From positions 1-37,909 of the IMG/VR virus record IMGVR_UViG_3300038315_000155: 37,909 nt of DNA. One strand, 5' to 3'. The stretch's first letter is position 1; every line of letters begins with the position of its first letter. A program made the translations under genes and the position numbers. Source of the stretch: a virus (taxonomy: Duplodnaviria; Caudoviricetes). Of the stretch, positions 16,793-26,500 are shown one piece after another. The notes under the pieces were generated by a model, which saw only the letters and a list, made by a program, of their open reading frames with translations, made no database searches and was not told the DNA's origin.

Positions 16793-18343
16793 ATGGCTGA
16801 CACCACCACCAACTTCAATCTCAATCTAATTGATTTTGATAAGATACCTTGGCATGGTGACGACCACGATAATTGGCACATAGTTGATGCCCTATTAGCC
16901 CGTCATCTCAGTATCAGTTCTGTTCAAGGTGTATGGAAGAATGCTCTAGCTGTAACAGTTGGCAACAGATACATCGATGATGTTTCTGATACCATCTGGG
17001 AAGTTCTTGTTGCTCATACTACGCCGAGTACAGGACTTTTCTCTGCTGCCAGAACGGCTACACCAGCTAATTGGCAATCGATAACAGTTGATGTCGCCTT
17101 TAAAGGTGCTTGGACGGCTGGAGATGCTTATTCTCCAAACGACTTCGTTACTGATGCCGGTCGTTACGGTATTGTGCAAGTTACACATACTGCTGTAACT
17201 TCCTATGACACCGGAGTAACTAATGGGGATATTGTTACTTTAATCGATCCTAATACGATCATTGGAGCAACACACGATACTACTAGTATTGCTGCTGGTG
17301 GTACTCCTACTGCAACTTACGCTGCTTCTACTGGTAAGTTCACTTTCGGACTTGTTGTGGGTAATACAGGAGCAACAGGAGCGGCTGGAGCTGACTATAC
17401 GGCTGATGATGAATTAAATGCCATTGCTGGACTTACTAGTGCAGCTAACAAGGCTATCTTATTCACTGGAAGTGGTGCTGCCGAGCTTATTGATATCACA
17501 GCGGCTGCAAAGACTGTCTTGGATGATGCTACAGTAGCAGCAATGTTGATAACTCTTGGAGGCATTGGAGCAGCAACAACGGACACCTTGACTAACAAGA
17601 CCTTTGATGCCAATGGTACTGGAAATAGTCTATCTAATGTAGATGTTACCGACCTCGCTAATGGTACGGACGGTGAATTGATTACCTGGGACGCGAATGG
17701 CGCTCCGGCTACTGTTGCTGTTGGTACAGCTACTCACGTTCTTACTTCCAATGGGGTAGGAGCAGCTCCTACGTTTCAAGCGCCCGCTGCTGGTGGTAGT
17801 CTTGTTCTCATTGGAACATCAGTAGCCTCGGCCTCTGCTTCACTAACGATTACAGGCTTGAGTACAACCTATGACACGTACCTCTTCGTTGGAGAAGCCT
17901 TACTTCCCACTACAAATGAAGGAGTTCCTTGGATCAGGCTAGGAGACTCTGGGGGAATTGACTCAGCCGCAAGTGACTACGATTGGGCCTGTCACGATGA
18001 AGGCTTCTCTGGAGCATCAGCATCGGCCAGTATTACAGCGCCTATCTATGGCGCTGATAATGCCGATGCACAGGTAGAGTTGACAGGGGCCTCTAACGAG
18101 GTTGGTAATGCTGCTACAGAGGGCTGTTGTTTCTATGGCTACTTACAATCGGGGAATGGAACAACACTGCCTAACGTCCACGGCCATATACTTTGGCAAG
18201 CCCATTCGGGAACTACTCTTAGAGCTGGAAGGTTTGCTGGATCACGGCGCTCTAGCATCGATGTTACACAGATACAGTTTCTCTTTAGCAGCGGCAACAC
18301 AGCTACGGGGAGATTTACAGTTTGGGGGTTAGCACATGCCTAG
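16793..18343 (+). CDS. Tail fibre protein
   Basis: Ala/Thr/Gly-rich; W..G..Y..ND small-module repeats, short GXX stretch, TLTNKT and GTDGELITWDANG motifs; followed by a chaperone-like gene. Confidence 0.85.
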   Translation: MADTTTNFNLNLIDFDKIPWHGDDHDNWHIVDALLARHLSISSVQGVWKNALAVTVGNRYIDDVSDTIWEVLVAHTTPSTGLFSAARTATPANWQSITVDVAFKGAWTAGDAYSPNDFVTDAGRYGIVQVTHTAVTSYDTGVTNGDIVTLIDPNTIIGATHDTTSIAAGGTPTATYAASTGKFTFGLVVGNTGATGAAGADYTADDELNAIAGLTSAANKAILFTGSGAAELIDITAAAKTVLDDATVAAMLITLGGIGAATTDTLTNKTFDANGTGNSLSNVDVTDLANGTDGELITWDANGAPATVAVGTATHVLTSNGVGAAPTFQAPAAGGSLVLIGTSVASASASLTITGLSTTYDTYLFVGEALLPTTNEGVPWIRLGDSGGIDSAASDYDWACHDEGFSGASASASITAPIYGADNADAQVELTGASNEVGNAATEGCCFYGYLQSGNGTTLPNVHGHILWQAHSGTTLRAGRFAGSRRSSIDVTQIQFLFSSGNTATGRFTVWGLAHA

Positions 18344-18623
18344 ACATCATATGGTTAACAACATTGAGGTTCCTTTCACAGAGGCAGAAGAGGCTGCTCG
18401 TAATGCTGAGATAGCTAAAGTAGCCTCTGATAAAGCCCATTACGAAGTGAATGAGAGGTACAAAGTAAACCGTCGTGCCGCCTATCCCACCATCGGCGAT
18501 CAGCTTGATGCCATTTGGAAACAACTCAACCAAGACCGACTTGGTGGGAAGGAGTTAATACAAGAGGTTGATGATCAACTAAACAAAGTTTTAGCTGTTA
18601 AAGAGGCTCACCCCAAACCATAG
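18336..18623 (+). CDS. Tail fibre assembly chaperone-like protein
   Basis: RRAAYPTIGDQLDAIWK and VKEAHPKP motifs typical of small genes following tail fibres. Confidence 0.7.
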   Translation: MPRHHMVNNIEVPFTEAEEAARNAEIAKVASDKAHYEVNERYKVNRRAAYPTIGDQLDAIWKQLNQDRLGGKELIQEVDDQLNKVLAVKEAHPKP

Positions 18624-18632
18624 GAGTGTCTT

Positions 18633-18935
18633 ATGCCTGACCCAAAACGACGAGACACTGATCATGGGTATAAGAAATACCTAGTTTGGCTTCCAGTAGC
18701 AATCATTATGTTTCTATCGGTTGTTGCTTGGGCTGATGGTCAAAATGCTATCAGAGATAACAAAAAGGCCATTAAGTCTCACAAAGAACTTCTAGAACAA
18801 CATAGACAACGGCTTTTACAAGGAGAGGTACAGAGAGCCGTTCTACAACAACAGATTAAAACAATAAACGACAACGTAAAAGAAACTAAGGACAATGTAA
18901 AGGAAATCTTGCGGGAGATTAGGAGTGACCAATGA
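18633..18935 (+). CDS. Membrane-anchored coiled-coil protein (lysis-associated; spanin- or holin-like)
   Basis: One TM segment (LVWLPVAIIMFLSVVAW) plus coiled coil; first gene of the lysis cluster. Confidence 0.55.
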   Translation: MPDPKRRDTDHGYKKYLVWLPVAIIMFLSVVAWADGQNAIRDNKKAIKSHKELLEQHRQRLLQGEVQRAVLQQQIKTINDNVKETKDNVKEILREIRSDQ

Positions 18936-19033
18936 CGGCATTTATGTTTTCGGCTGGGGAGGTCAGTCTCTTTCTATTAGGCATTCTTAATACTGGGTTA
19001 ATCTTGATTATACTTGTAAGGGGGATGAAATAA
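18932..19033 (+). CDS. 33-aa single-TM peptide (not in the ORF track)
   Basis: AGGAG RBS at 18921, ATGA overlap; MTAFMFSAGEVSLFLLGILNTGLILIILVRGMK exactly fills the gap before the holin. Confidence 0.65.
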   Translation: MTAFMFSAGEVSLFLLGILNTGLILIILVRGMK

Positions 19034-19034
19034 G

Positions 19035-19457
19035 ATGTTAACCCTACTTGGATCATTGCTAGGTTTTGGAACCAGCTTCCTTCCTAAAGTGATGGACTAC
19101 TTCCAAGACAAAGCCGACAAGAAACATGAACTAGAGGTTATGACGCGACAAGCCGAAATTCAATTGGATAGGACGGCTATTGATGCGAATATCCGAGAAG
19201 TGGAGACAATTCACGAACATGATGCTAGTCTGGATGGCGGTAGCTTCATTAACGGTCTTAGGGCTTCTGTCCGTCCTGTTATTACTTACCTATTCATGGC
19301 GCTCTTTATCTCAGTAGAGGTTACCACCTATGTATTGTTGATCAAGAAAGGTATGTCTCCCGGTGATGCTCTAGTTGCTAGTTGGAATGATCAGATCATG
19401 GCTATGTGGGCAGCGATCTTAGCCTTCTGGTTTGGTGGTCGGCAGTTTAGGAAATGA
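19035..19457 (+). CDS. Holin, GTA-type 3TM family
   Basis: Hydrophobic N-terminus, RASVRPVITY and FWFGGR motifs; adjacent to the lysozyme. Confidence 0.8.
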   Translation: MLTLLGSLLGFGTSFLPKVMDYFQDKADKKHELEVMTRQAEIQLDRTAIDANIREVETIHEHDASLDGGSFINGLRASVRPVITYLFMALFISVEVTTYVLLIKKGMSPGDALVASWNDQIMAMWAAILAFWFGGRQFRK

Positions 19458-19897
19458 TCAATGGAAAAGGTCTGGCAATTATTAAACATTATGAGGGGTG
19501 CTTTTACAACCCTTATCTTGATCCCGTTGGCATACCTACTATTGGCTATGGCAGTATTTATGGTCTTGATTTTAATCGTATTGACATGGATCATAGAAGG
19601 ATTACCCCGAGCGAAGCAACAGGATTGCTCATTAGGGAATGCCAAGAAGCTGAACGAAGACTTGCAGGATTGGTTAGAGTACCATTAACAAGGAACCAAC
19701 GTAGTGCACTAATCTCGTTTATATATAATGTAGGAAGTGGAAACTTTCAGAGAAGTACAATGAGGATGAAATTGAATAGACAAGACTATACCGGAGCCGT
19801 CAACGAGTTCTGGAAATGGAGAAGAGCAGGAGGAAGAATTCTTCGAGGGCTAGTCCTTCGAAGAGAGTCAGAGAAACAACTGTTTATGGAGAAGTAA
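19454..19897 (+). CDS. Endolysin, GH24 lysozyme
   Basis: Catalytic pattern EG...Y.D..G..TIGYG; ALISFIYNVG and GLVLRRESE. Confidence 0.95.
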   Translation: MINGKGLAIIKHYEGCFYNPYLDPVGIPTIGYGSIYGLDFNRIDMDHRRITPSEATGLLIRECQEAERRLAGLVRVPLTRNQRSALISFIYNVGSGNFQRSTMRMKLNRQDYTGAVNEFWKWRRAGGRILRGLVLRRESEKQLFMEK

Positions 19898-19898
19898 C

Positions 19899-20006
19899 AT
19901 GGCAGTACCTAATTCAGTCAAGTTAGCCTTAGACATACAGAAAGGTAAGATGACATCTACGGGCAAGAAAATTGCAGTCAAGAAGAAGACCACTAAAAAG
20001 AAATGA
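19899..20006 (+). CDS. 35-aa Lys-rich basic peptide (not in the ORF track)
   Basis: MAVPNSVKLALDIQKGKMTSTGKKIAVKKKTTKKK; GGAG upstream, ATGA overlap with the next gene. Confidence 0.65.
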   Translation: MAVPNSVKLALDIQKGKMTSTGKKIAVKKKTTKKK

Positions 20007-21979
20007 CTCTATCACATCAATTAACTAAGTTAGGACGACGTGAGGATCATGCCTCTCGTGGTGGAGAAGTTGTACATGTCTCTAAGCCAGAAGTAGACTT
20101 ACTCGAAGAACTTACTGGTAATACAAGTACCAATCCTGATACTGGACTAAGACAGTTTTTCTTCGCTGGTGGCCCTAGTTTCGATGTTGGCGACTTCGAC
20201 ATTAACACTGGAGAGGCTACCGTCGATGCTGGAGATTACCTTGCTGCTTGGACAGACGCAATGAATCTCGGAGCAGAATCCCTGGATGGCAAGATGGCAG
20301 CAGCTAGAGTTGCTGCCGAGGCCCAAGCTAAAGTAGAAGGCTTCCGAGGTACAGGTCATCGCAGTGACACGGCTATGTTGGTGAATGATCTTGTCCTTAA
20401 TGAGCGCGAAGCTGCTGTCATTACAAATATGTCAAAAAGTTTGGGAAGAACTCCAACGACAGACGACATCCCATTCGGTTACTCTGGTGATTTCAAGTTC
20501 TTTGCGGATCAAGTTGTGAAGGGTATGGAAAATGATATCATTAGGGCTATTCCCGGTATTTCTCAAGACCGATTAGATGCTATGATGAATGAAGCCATTA
20601 ATAAAGGCTTCGCTACCATGCCTGGCAACACTATGGACAACTTCGTTGAGTCTAGGCAAGAAGCCTTCAGTGGCATCGCTGAAACAGTCAAAAGAATCGA
20701 AGAGTTAAAGAGGAACGACGAAGGCTTGAGGGACGAAGAAAGACGGGCTGAGATGCACAAACAGTACGCGAAGCTAAATAGTCTTCTTCAGGCCCAAGGA
20801 GTTTCCCCTGGTGATGTTACTCTTAGAGATAATCCTGTCGCCCAAGTCCTACGAGGGGATGCTAAGGAGATGTTCAACCTTAACAACCCTTTCAATCCAG
20901 GTGGAGGAATGGAAGCAGCTCTAAGTATTCTCCCTGTAGCTGGATTAGGGATACTTGGTGGAAATCTCCTGGGAGCGGCCACCGGAACTACAGTTGTAGT
21001 TCGCTTCTCCGATCCTGTTTCTGGTATGGACTTTAACGTCCATGAAGATGGAAGTATTACTCCTGCTAATTATGAGTACGCAGGACAGTTCAATGAAGGT
21101 AGTGGCTTTGGAGCTTTCTCTCAGCCAAGGGTATTCGATCCTATCCTTTCAGGAGGAGAAGGCTTTGATAGAAGTAGTGCTCTAGATGCTATCTTACAAG
21201 ACTTGATAGGCAACCAAGAGTTAGCTGGTTTCCGTCCTAACCTAGATGAGTTAGATCGTAATGCTATCCTACAAGAGCAGCTCTTCGCTGCTAATGATCT
21301 TCTAGGAGAAGACATAGGCCAAGCAGCTTTTGACCAAGCCTTTAGTAGTCCTTTCCTAGGAGAAGATTTGCTTCTTACTGAAGAAGGACAGCGTAAGGAT
21401 GCCTTCTCAGGACAGTTAGGGAATATCTTCACAGGTGAAGCTTTCTCATTAGACGATGAGATCATTAACAGTATTGTACAAGAACGTGCTACTCCTGCTA
21501 GAGAACAGATCAGCCGAACAGAAGCAAGAGGAAACTTAAATCCCTTCGGTGGTCAGACAGCTAACGAGGCTATTACAACTCAGACGCCAGGAGTTACAGA
21601 ACGAGTTAGAGAGATTGGAGAATCTGTTCTTGGTGGTAATCAACGTGATGTAGATGTTATTAGAGAGACAGCTCAAGGACAGATCGGTAACTTCCAATTA
21701 GGTGATGATCTTTTTGACGTGTCTCCATTCGCTACACAACGACAGTCTCTCATAGATGAGAGGACTGGAGGTCTTCGTGGTGATATTACTTCTGCTATTG
21801 GTGGTATTCCCTTATTCGATGTTAGAGGGGCTATCCAAGGAGCAGGTAGGACGCAAGGCGTAGTGTCTGGCCCTACGAACAATGCAGTTTTAGATGTCCT
21901 AGCTGATCGGGAACGAGTTAGTGGTACTGATCCTCGTAACCGTAGAAGTTTAGGCTCAAGAGGAAGTGGAGCTTTTTAA
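20003..21979 (+). CDS. Internal virion / ejection protein
   Basis: N-terminal L..LGR.ED....HVS..E..LL.....NP.TGL..F motif seen in podovirus internal proteins; Gly-rich hydrophobic patch; position before the other ejection genes. Confidence 0.65.
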   Translation: MTLSHQLTKLGRREDHASRGGEVVHVSKPEVDLLEELTGNTSTNPDTGLRQFFFAGGPSFDVGDFDINTGEATVDAGDYLAAWTDAMNLGAESLDGKMAAARVAAEAQAKVEGFRGTGHRSDTAMLVNDLVLNEREAAVITNMSKSLGRTPTTDDIPFGYSGDFKFFADQVVKGMENDIIRAIPGISQDRLDAMMNEAINKGFATMPGNTMDNFVESRQEAFSGIAETVKRIEELKRNDEGLRDEERRAEMHKQYAKLNSLLQAQGVSPGDVTLRDNPVAQVLRGDAKEMFNLNNPFNPGGGMEAALSILPVAGLGILGGNLLGAATGTTVVVRFSDPVSGMDFNVHEDGSITPANYEYAGQFNEGSGFGAFSQPRVFDPILSGGEGFDRSSALDAILQDLIGNQELAGFRPNLDELDRNAILQEQLFAANDLLGEDIGQAAFDQAFSSPFLGEDLLLTEEGQRKDAFSGQLGNIFTGEAFSLDDEIINSIVQERATPAREQISRTEARGNLNPFGGQTANEAITTQTPGVTERVREIGESVLGGNQRDVDVIRETAQGQIGNFQLGDDLFDVSPFATQRQSLIDERTGGLRGDITSAIGGIPLFDVRGAIQGAGRTQGVVSGPTNNAVLDVLADRERVSGTDPRNRRSLGSRGSGAF

Positions 21980-22812
21980 TGTCTGGAATTGACCCTGGTT
22001 TAGCTATCCTTGGAAGTGGAGCGTTAGGACTACTTGGTGGCTTGTTTACAAATGAAGCCAACCAAGATGCTGCTAGTATCAATGCTGCTGCTATAGGAGC
22101 CAACCAAGAAAAAGCTTTGGATGCCTTAACTGGTAGTGATGCCTTTCGCAGAATTACTCGTGACGGAGGAGGTTTTAAGGTCGACCAGGGACCGGGCGCT
22201 CCTAGTGCTGCTAATGCTAGAACAGACTTAGCAAGAGGCGATGAAATATTTCGTGCTCCTGGCATCAACGCTGCTGATCGTGACTTCCGTTTCACATTGC
22301 CTACTCTTGCCTCTGCCAATCAACTGGTTGATCGTGACTTAGCAAGGCAACGTGGGGTCTTTGATGAACAAGCAGGACAGGTTAGAGAAAGCCAACGTAG
22401 GCGGTTTGGTGGTGTGGAGAATACTGGTGAAGTAGCTAACACGATGGATAAGCTATACCAGCTTAATCGGGAATTTGATTGGGGTAAAGAACGGCTAGGC
22501 ATGGACTTATATAACAAGTCTCGTGGTGCTGACTTAGATATTAAGAATGCTCTCAAAGATAGTTTAGCTCTACAAGCTCCCGCTCCTGGCTATGTTAGTG
22601 GTGGTCCAGGGGCGCAAGCATCTAATGTCATTGCTCAAACACCTCCACCTGCTAGACCTGCTGATCTAGGTATGGCTCTGCCTTTCGCTAGTGGTGCTGA
22701 TGCTGTGGCTCGATGGTTACAGAACGAGAGATATGAACAAGATCGTAAGGATCGAAATACTCTCTTGAATAGATGGCTTGATAACCAAGGTCCTCAAGGC
22801 TGGTGGTTTTGA
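21979..22812 (+). CDS. Ejection protein (P22 gp7-like)
   Basis: N-terminal Gly/Ala hydrophobic segment (LAILGSGALGLLGGLF) followed by Ala/Gln-rich helices. Confidence 0.6.
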   Translation: MSGIDPGLAILGSGALGLLGGLFTNEANQDAASINAAAIGANQEKALDALTGSDAFRRITRDGGGFKVDQGPGAPSAANARTDLARGDEIFRAPGINAADRDFRFTLPTLASANQLVDRDLARQRGVFDEQAGQVRESQRRRFGGVENTGEVANTMDKLYQLNREFDWGKERLGMDLYNKSRGADLDIKNALKDSLALQAPAPGYVSGGPGAQASNVIAQTPPPARPADLGMALPFASGADAVARWLQNERYEQDRKDRNTLLNRWLDNQGPQGWWF

Positions 22813-22859
22813 CTATGGGCCTAGTGGTGCCGACTGATTTCCCAGTATAGGAGGAAACA

Positions 22860-23555
22860 ATGCCAGATATAAATCCATTCAGCGTCCTTAAGATGGGGAA
22901 TGATCCTTCCCTTACACAGAGAACTGTGCAAGGTAGTAAAGCTCTTGCTGATCTACAACGTGGTATGGCTCTCACTAATATGCAAGGACAAAACCAATTA
23001 GCTAATACAAGAGAGCTAGGACGGACCCAACTTGCCAATACCTTATTAGGATTTGGAATTGATAGTCGAGGTGACGATGTTGCCACGAAACTTGAGAAAG
23101 TATTCAAGTCTCTTAACTTTGCTAGAAATGCTCCAGCTAGGAGAGATATTGCCTACATTGGCGGAGGAATTCCTCCTAGTCTTCCTAATCCTACACCGGC
23201 TAGTATTGCTGATCCTGATAGTCCAGTGAAAATTGGAAAGCCCATCCCAGAGTCACAAGCGGCTGCGGGAAATCCTGGAAGATTTACTCTGAGTGAAAAG
23301 GATGAAGAAGAAGTTCAAATTTTCGAAATACCTGACCCAAGCAGTCCAACAGGTTATAGAAAAGTTCCACTACCTCGTACTCGTAAGAAAAAGCGTACTC
23401 AGAAACAGGAAGCTCAGGCGAAAGCCACTAACATCTTCGAAGCCACTACTGAAGTCTTAGCTGCTAGTGGATTGAAGCGTGGAGTCCTCAATGGGAAGGT
23501 TGTAATCTTCCAAGACCTTGGTAATGGACAATCTAAAATTATAGCAAGGCAGTAA
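22860..23555 (+). CDS. Probable ejection / internal virion protein
   Basis: AGGAGG RBS; position between the gp7-like gene and the large internal protein. Confidence 0.55.
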   Translation: MPDINPFSVLKMGNDPSLTQRTVQGSKALADLQRGMALTNMQGQNQLANTRELGRTQLANTLLGFGIDSRGDDVATKLEKVFKSLNFARNAPARRDIAYIGGGIPPSLPNPTPASIADPDSPVKIGKPIPESQAAAGNPGRFTLSEKDEEEVQIFEIPDPSSPTGYRKVPLPRTRKKKRTQKQEAQAKATNIFEATTEVLAASGLKRGVLNGKVVIFQDLGNGQSKIIARQ

Positions 23556-23556
23556 T

Positions 23557-26500
23557 GTGGCTGAAACAGTTCCAACGGCTTCTATCCAGACTGAGGAAGA
23601 ATTAGTCCCTACGGCAAAGATTGTCGAGGAACGTATCCGTCCGAGCAATCCTTTTAAACAGGCGGTAGCTGGTATCACAGACATTGGTACTGGTATTCCA
23701 GCTTTGCTAGGTCTAGGCGGGGCAGGTATTGAGGCAGGCGTTAGTACCTTATTCAATGACAAGGGAATTAAACAAAACTTTGCTGAGGCTATGGAGTCTG
23801 GTTGGGACCGTTCTTTATTAGATGCAGGTCTTAGCGGACGAGATGCTGTCAACAAGTTTTTGGGGATCAAGGAAGCAGTTTCTACAGAGGATCAGGCTGC
23901 TAGATTGATCGCCAGTCTTATTCCTATTCCTGGGTTGGGAGTCATTGGTGGTGCTAGTAAGTTAGCACGGGTCAGTAGAGGTATTGGAAATATCTTAACT
24001 CCTGTTGTCAAAGCTGGCCCCAAAGGAAATAGATTTAATAAGGGTTTCGCTCTCCGTTCCGGTGCTCAATTTGCTATAGGAACAGGGATTGACCAAGCCC
24101 TTCGAGGCTTATCAGATAACCCTGAGTTTCCTACTTTGTTTTCTGAGAGGGCTATGCAAGGTAAGGTAGTTCCTACTAAGCTTATTGATGGGGAAGGTCA
24201 AGATGATCTAGTTGGTGAAGCAGGAGAAGACACTCTTATAGGGACTAGTATTGGAGATATAGTTAGTACTGAAGATATCTCAGAGGAGAGTCCCGAAGAA
24301 CTCGTACCAACAGTTGAAATAGAAGTTCAGAAACCTGGTCCTATCAAGGCACTAGAAGAAGCCAATCAAGCTGTAGAAGACCAAGAGACCAGTAACCTCC
24401 TCCGTAACACCGCTCTTACTACAGCAGGAATCCTTACAGTATTCTTGGGAGCAAAGTATAGTGCAAAGCTGGCTGCTAGTAAGGCTTTGACTGTAAGTGG
24501 TTTATCGCCGGTTGAAAAATCTAGTGGATTAGCTAATGCTATAGACACTGTAACTTCCGCAGCTACTAATGCTCCTGAACCAGGAGTACTTCCAGGAGTT
24601 AAAGCTGCAAAAAGACTACGTGGCAAATTTCTTGAACGTGCCCAAGGACTTATCATGGACAAAACCAAACATAGCGAGGTTCATTTACGATCTGTCGGAG
24701 AATCTGAGGAGTCCATTAAACAGATTACAGGCCAAGAAATTGTTGATCCATTTGGTGTAGTGGAACAATTCCTAAAGGATGGGAAGTTTGGACAAGGGTC
24801 TGCTGTAATTGTTCGTTCTCTCAAAAGTATCAGGCGAGAATATGATGGTTTGGCTCCAGAACAACAACAGGAATTCTTAGATGGGCTAGCTTTCCTTAGA
24901 GAGGATGCTATTCGGACAAGAGCCACAGCTTTCGATGCTCTAGGCAAAGATGCTGACGGACAGATTGTTGGACTTGGTGAGGCTTTTGAACGAGGAACCA
25001 TTAATGATCTTGAATTGATCTTGAAGGAACAAGAAGCACTTGTTTTGGCTGTTCGAGGAACTGAAAAACGGGTCACACCTGGACTATTTAATATAGTTGG
25101 AGATAAGAAATTCTTCATTGCTGACCCAACCATAAAAGCCGGCATTAAAGCCTTTAAGGCTAATCCCCAATTTGTAAAGATGCAGAAAGACCTTGTTAAG
25201 ATAAATGATGCCGTCCTAGAAGAGTCAGTTCGCCGTGGAGCAACTGATGAAATATGGGCTAAGGCTGTCCGACAGATGTTCACTAAGGATGGTCAGTTGA
25301 TGTATCTTCCTGGCAAAGAACATGTAGCCAGAGCTGCTTGGTATAAACGATTGGCTACTAGTATGGGAATACATTCGACTACTGGCAAGATTTTAAGAGG
25401 TGTTAGTAATTGGCATCTTCAAGGACTCGTGGAAGGTCAGGGAATTCAATCGCCTTTGGATGCCTTCCAAGCCACAGCTAATTATGCTTTGCAAGTAATG
25501 GAGCATACTAATAGGTCTGTCCAACAGTGGAACATACTTAGTCGGTTAGCAGGAGTGACATTCAAAAAGAATGGAGAGTTAGTAGTCGTTCCTCCTCGAC
25601 ACGCTGATACTTTAGAAGCTACTAGGTATGTTGGCTCATCAAGTATGGACGATCCCCTCAATCAAGGAGGAAATGTCCATGTCAAATTCAATGTTGATGA
25701 TCCTAAGATTGTCGAGAGGTTCGATGTAAAAGGGAAAGGAACGTTCACTCCACAAGCTCTTGCTGAGATGGATGATGTCCTTTGGGTCCAACGTGGAAGT
25801 GCTTGGCATGGTTTCTTGGTAACTGATAGACAACTTAAGAAAGGTTTAGAGTTTGATGCGGGACTACATAATAGGGTATTACAATTCGGTAATTTCTGGA
25901 AGAACTTATTTACCAAATTCACTACAGGAAACCTCTCTCCCTTTGGCATTACCTCCTTTATTTATAACAATCAGATTTCCTCTTTCAATGCTTTGTTGAG
26001 AGCTAGTAGAGGGGAAGGAGCTACCCTTGGCTCTGCTACTAGAGAAGCCTTCGAGACTTGGAAAGATAGTTACAAGGGAGCTTATGAAGTCTTCGCTGCT
26101 AGGATGGCAGAAGATTATGCCGATATACTTGCACGATCCATCCAGAACAATACTGCTTTCTATCGTGCTAATCCAAAGCTAGTAAGAAACTTACGAGCAA
26201 TCTTGGTAAGGAAAACTCGTAGAACTTTAGTTGGTCCCATACAGCGTGAGACAGGAGCTTCAGCCTCAGGTCTTGGTGCTTCGGAGTTCCAAGGTGATCT
26301 AACCAATATCATGGATAATGCTATCCCTCATGCGACTAAGATTTATGGAGCAGGAGCCTTGCCACAACTCTGGCGCGTTTGGAACCACCTCAATACGGCT
26401 TTCCATGAAGGGACAGCTATGGGGATTACTATGAGGCGTTCCCATGAGGCTGCTCTGAAAAGTCCTAAAGCTAGTATGTCTAATCTTAGAAGACAAGCTA

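Noticed and set aside
16793-18623. Possible diversity-generating retroelement acting on the tail fibre
   Set aside because: No reverse transcriptase and no template/variable repeat pair seen in the window.
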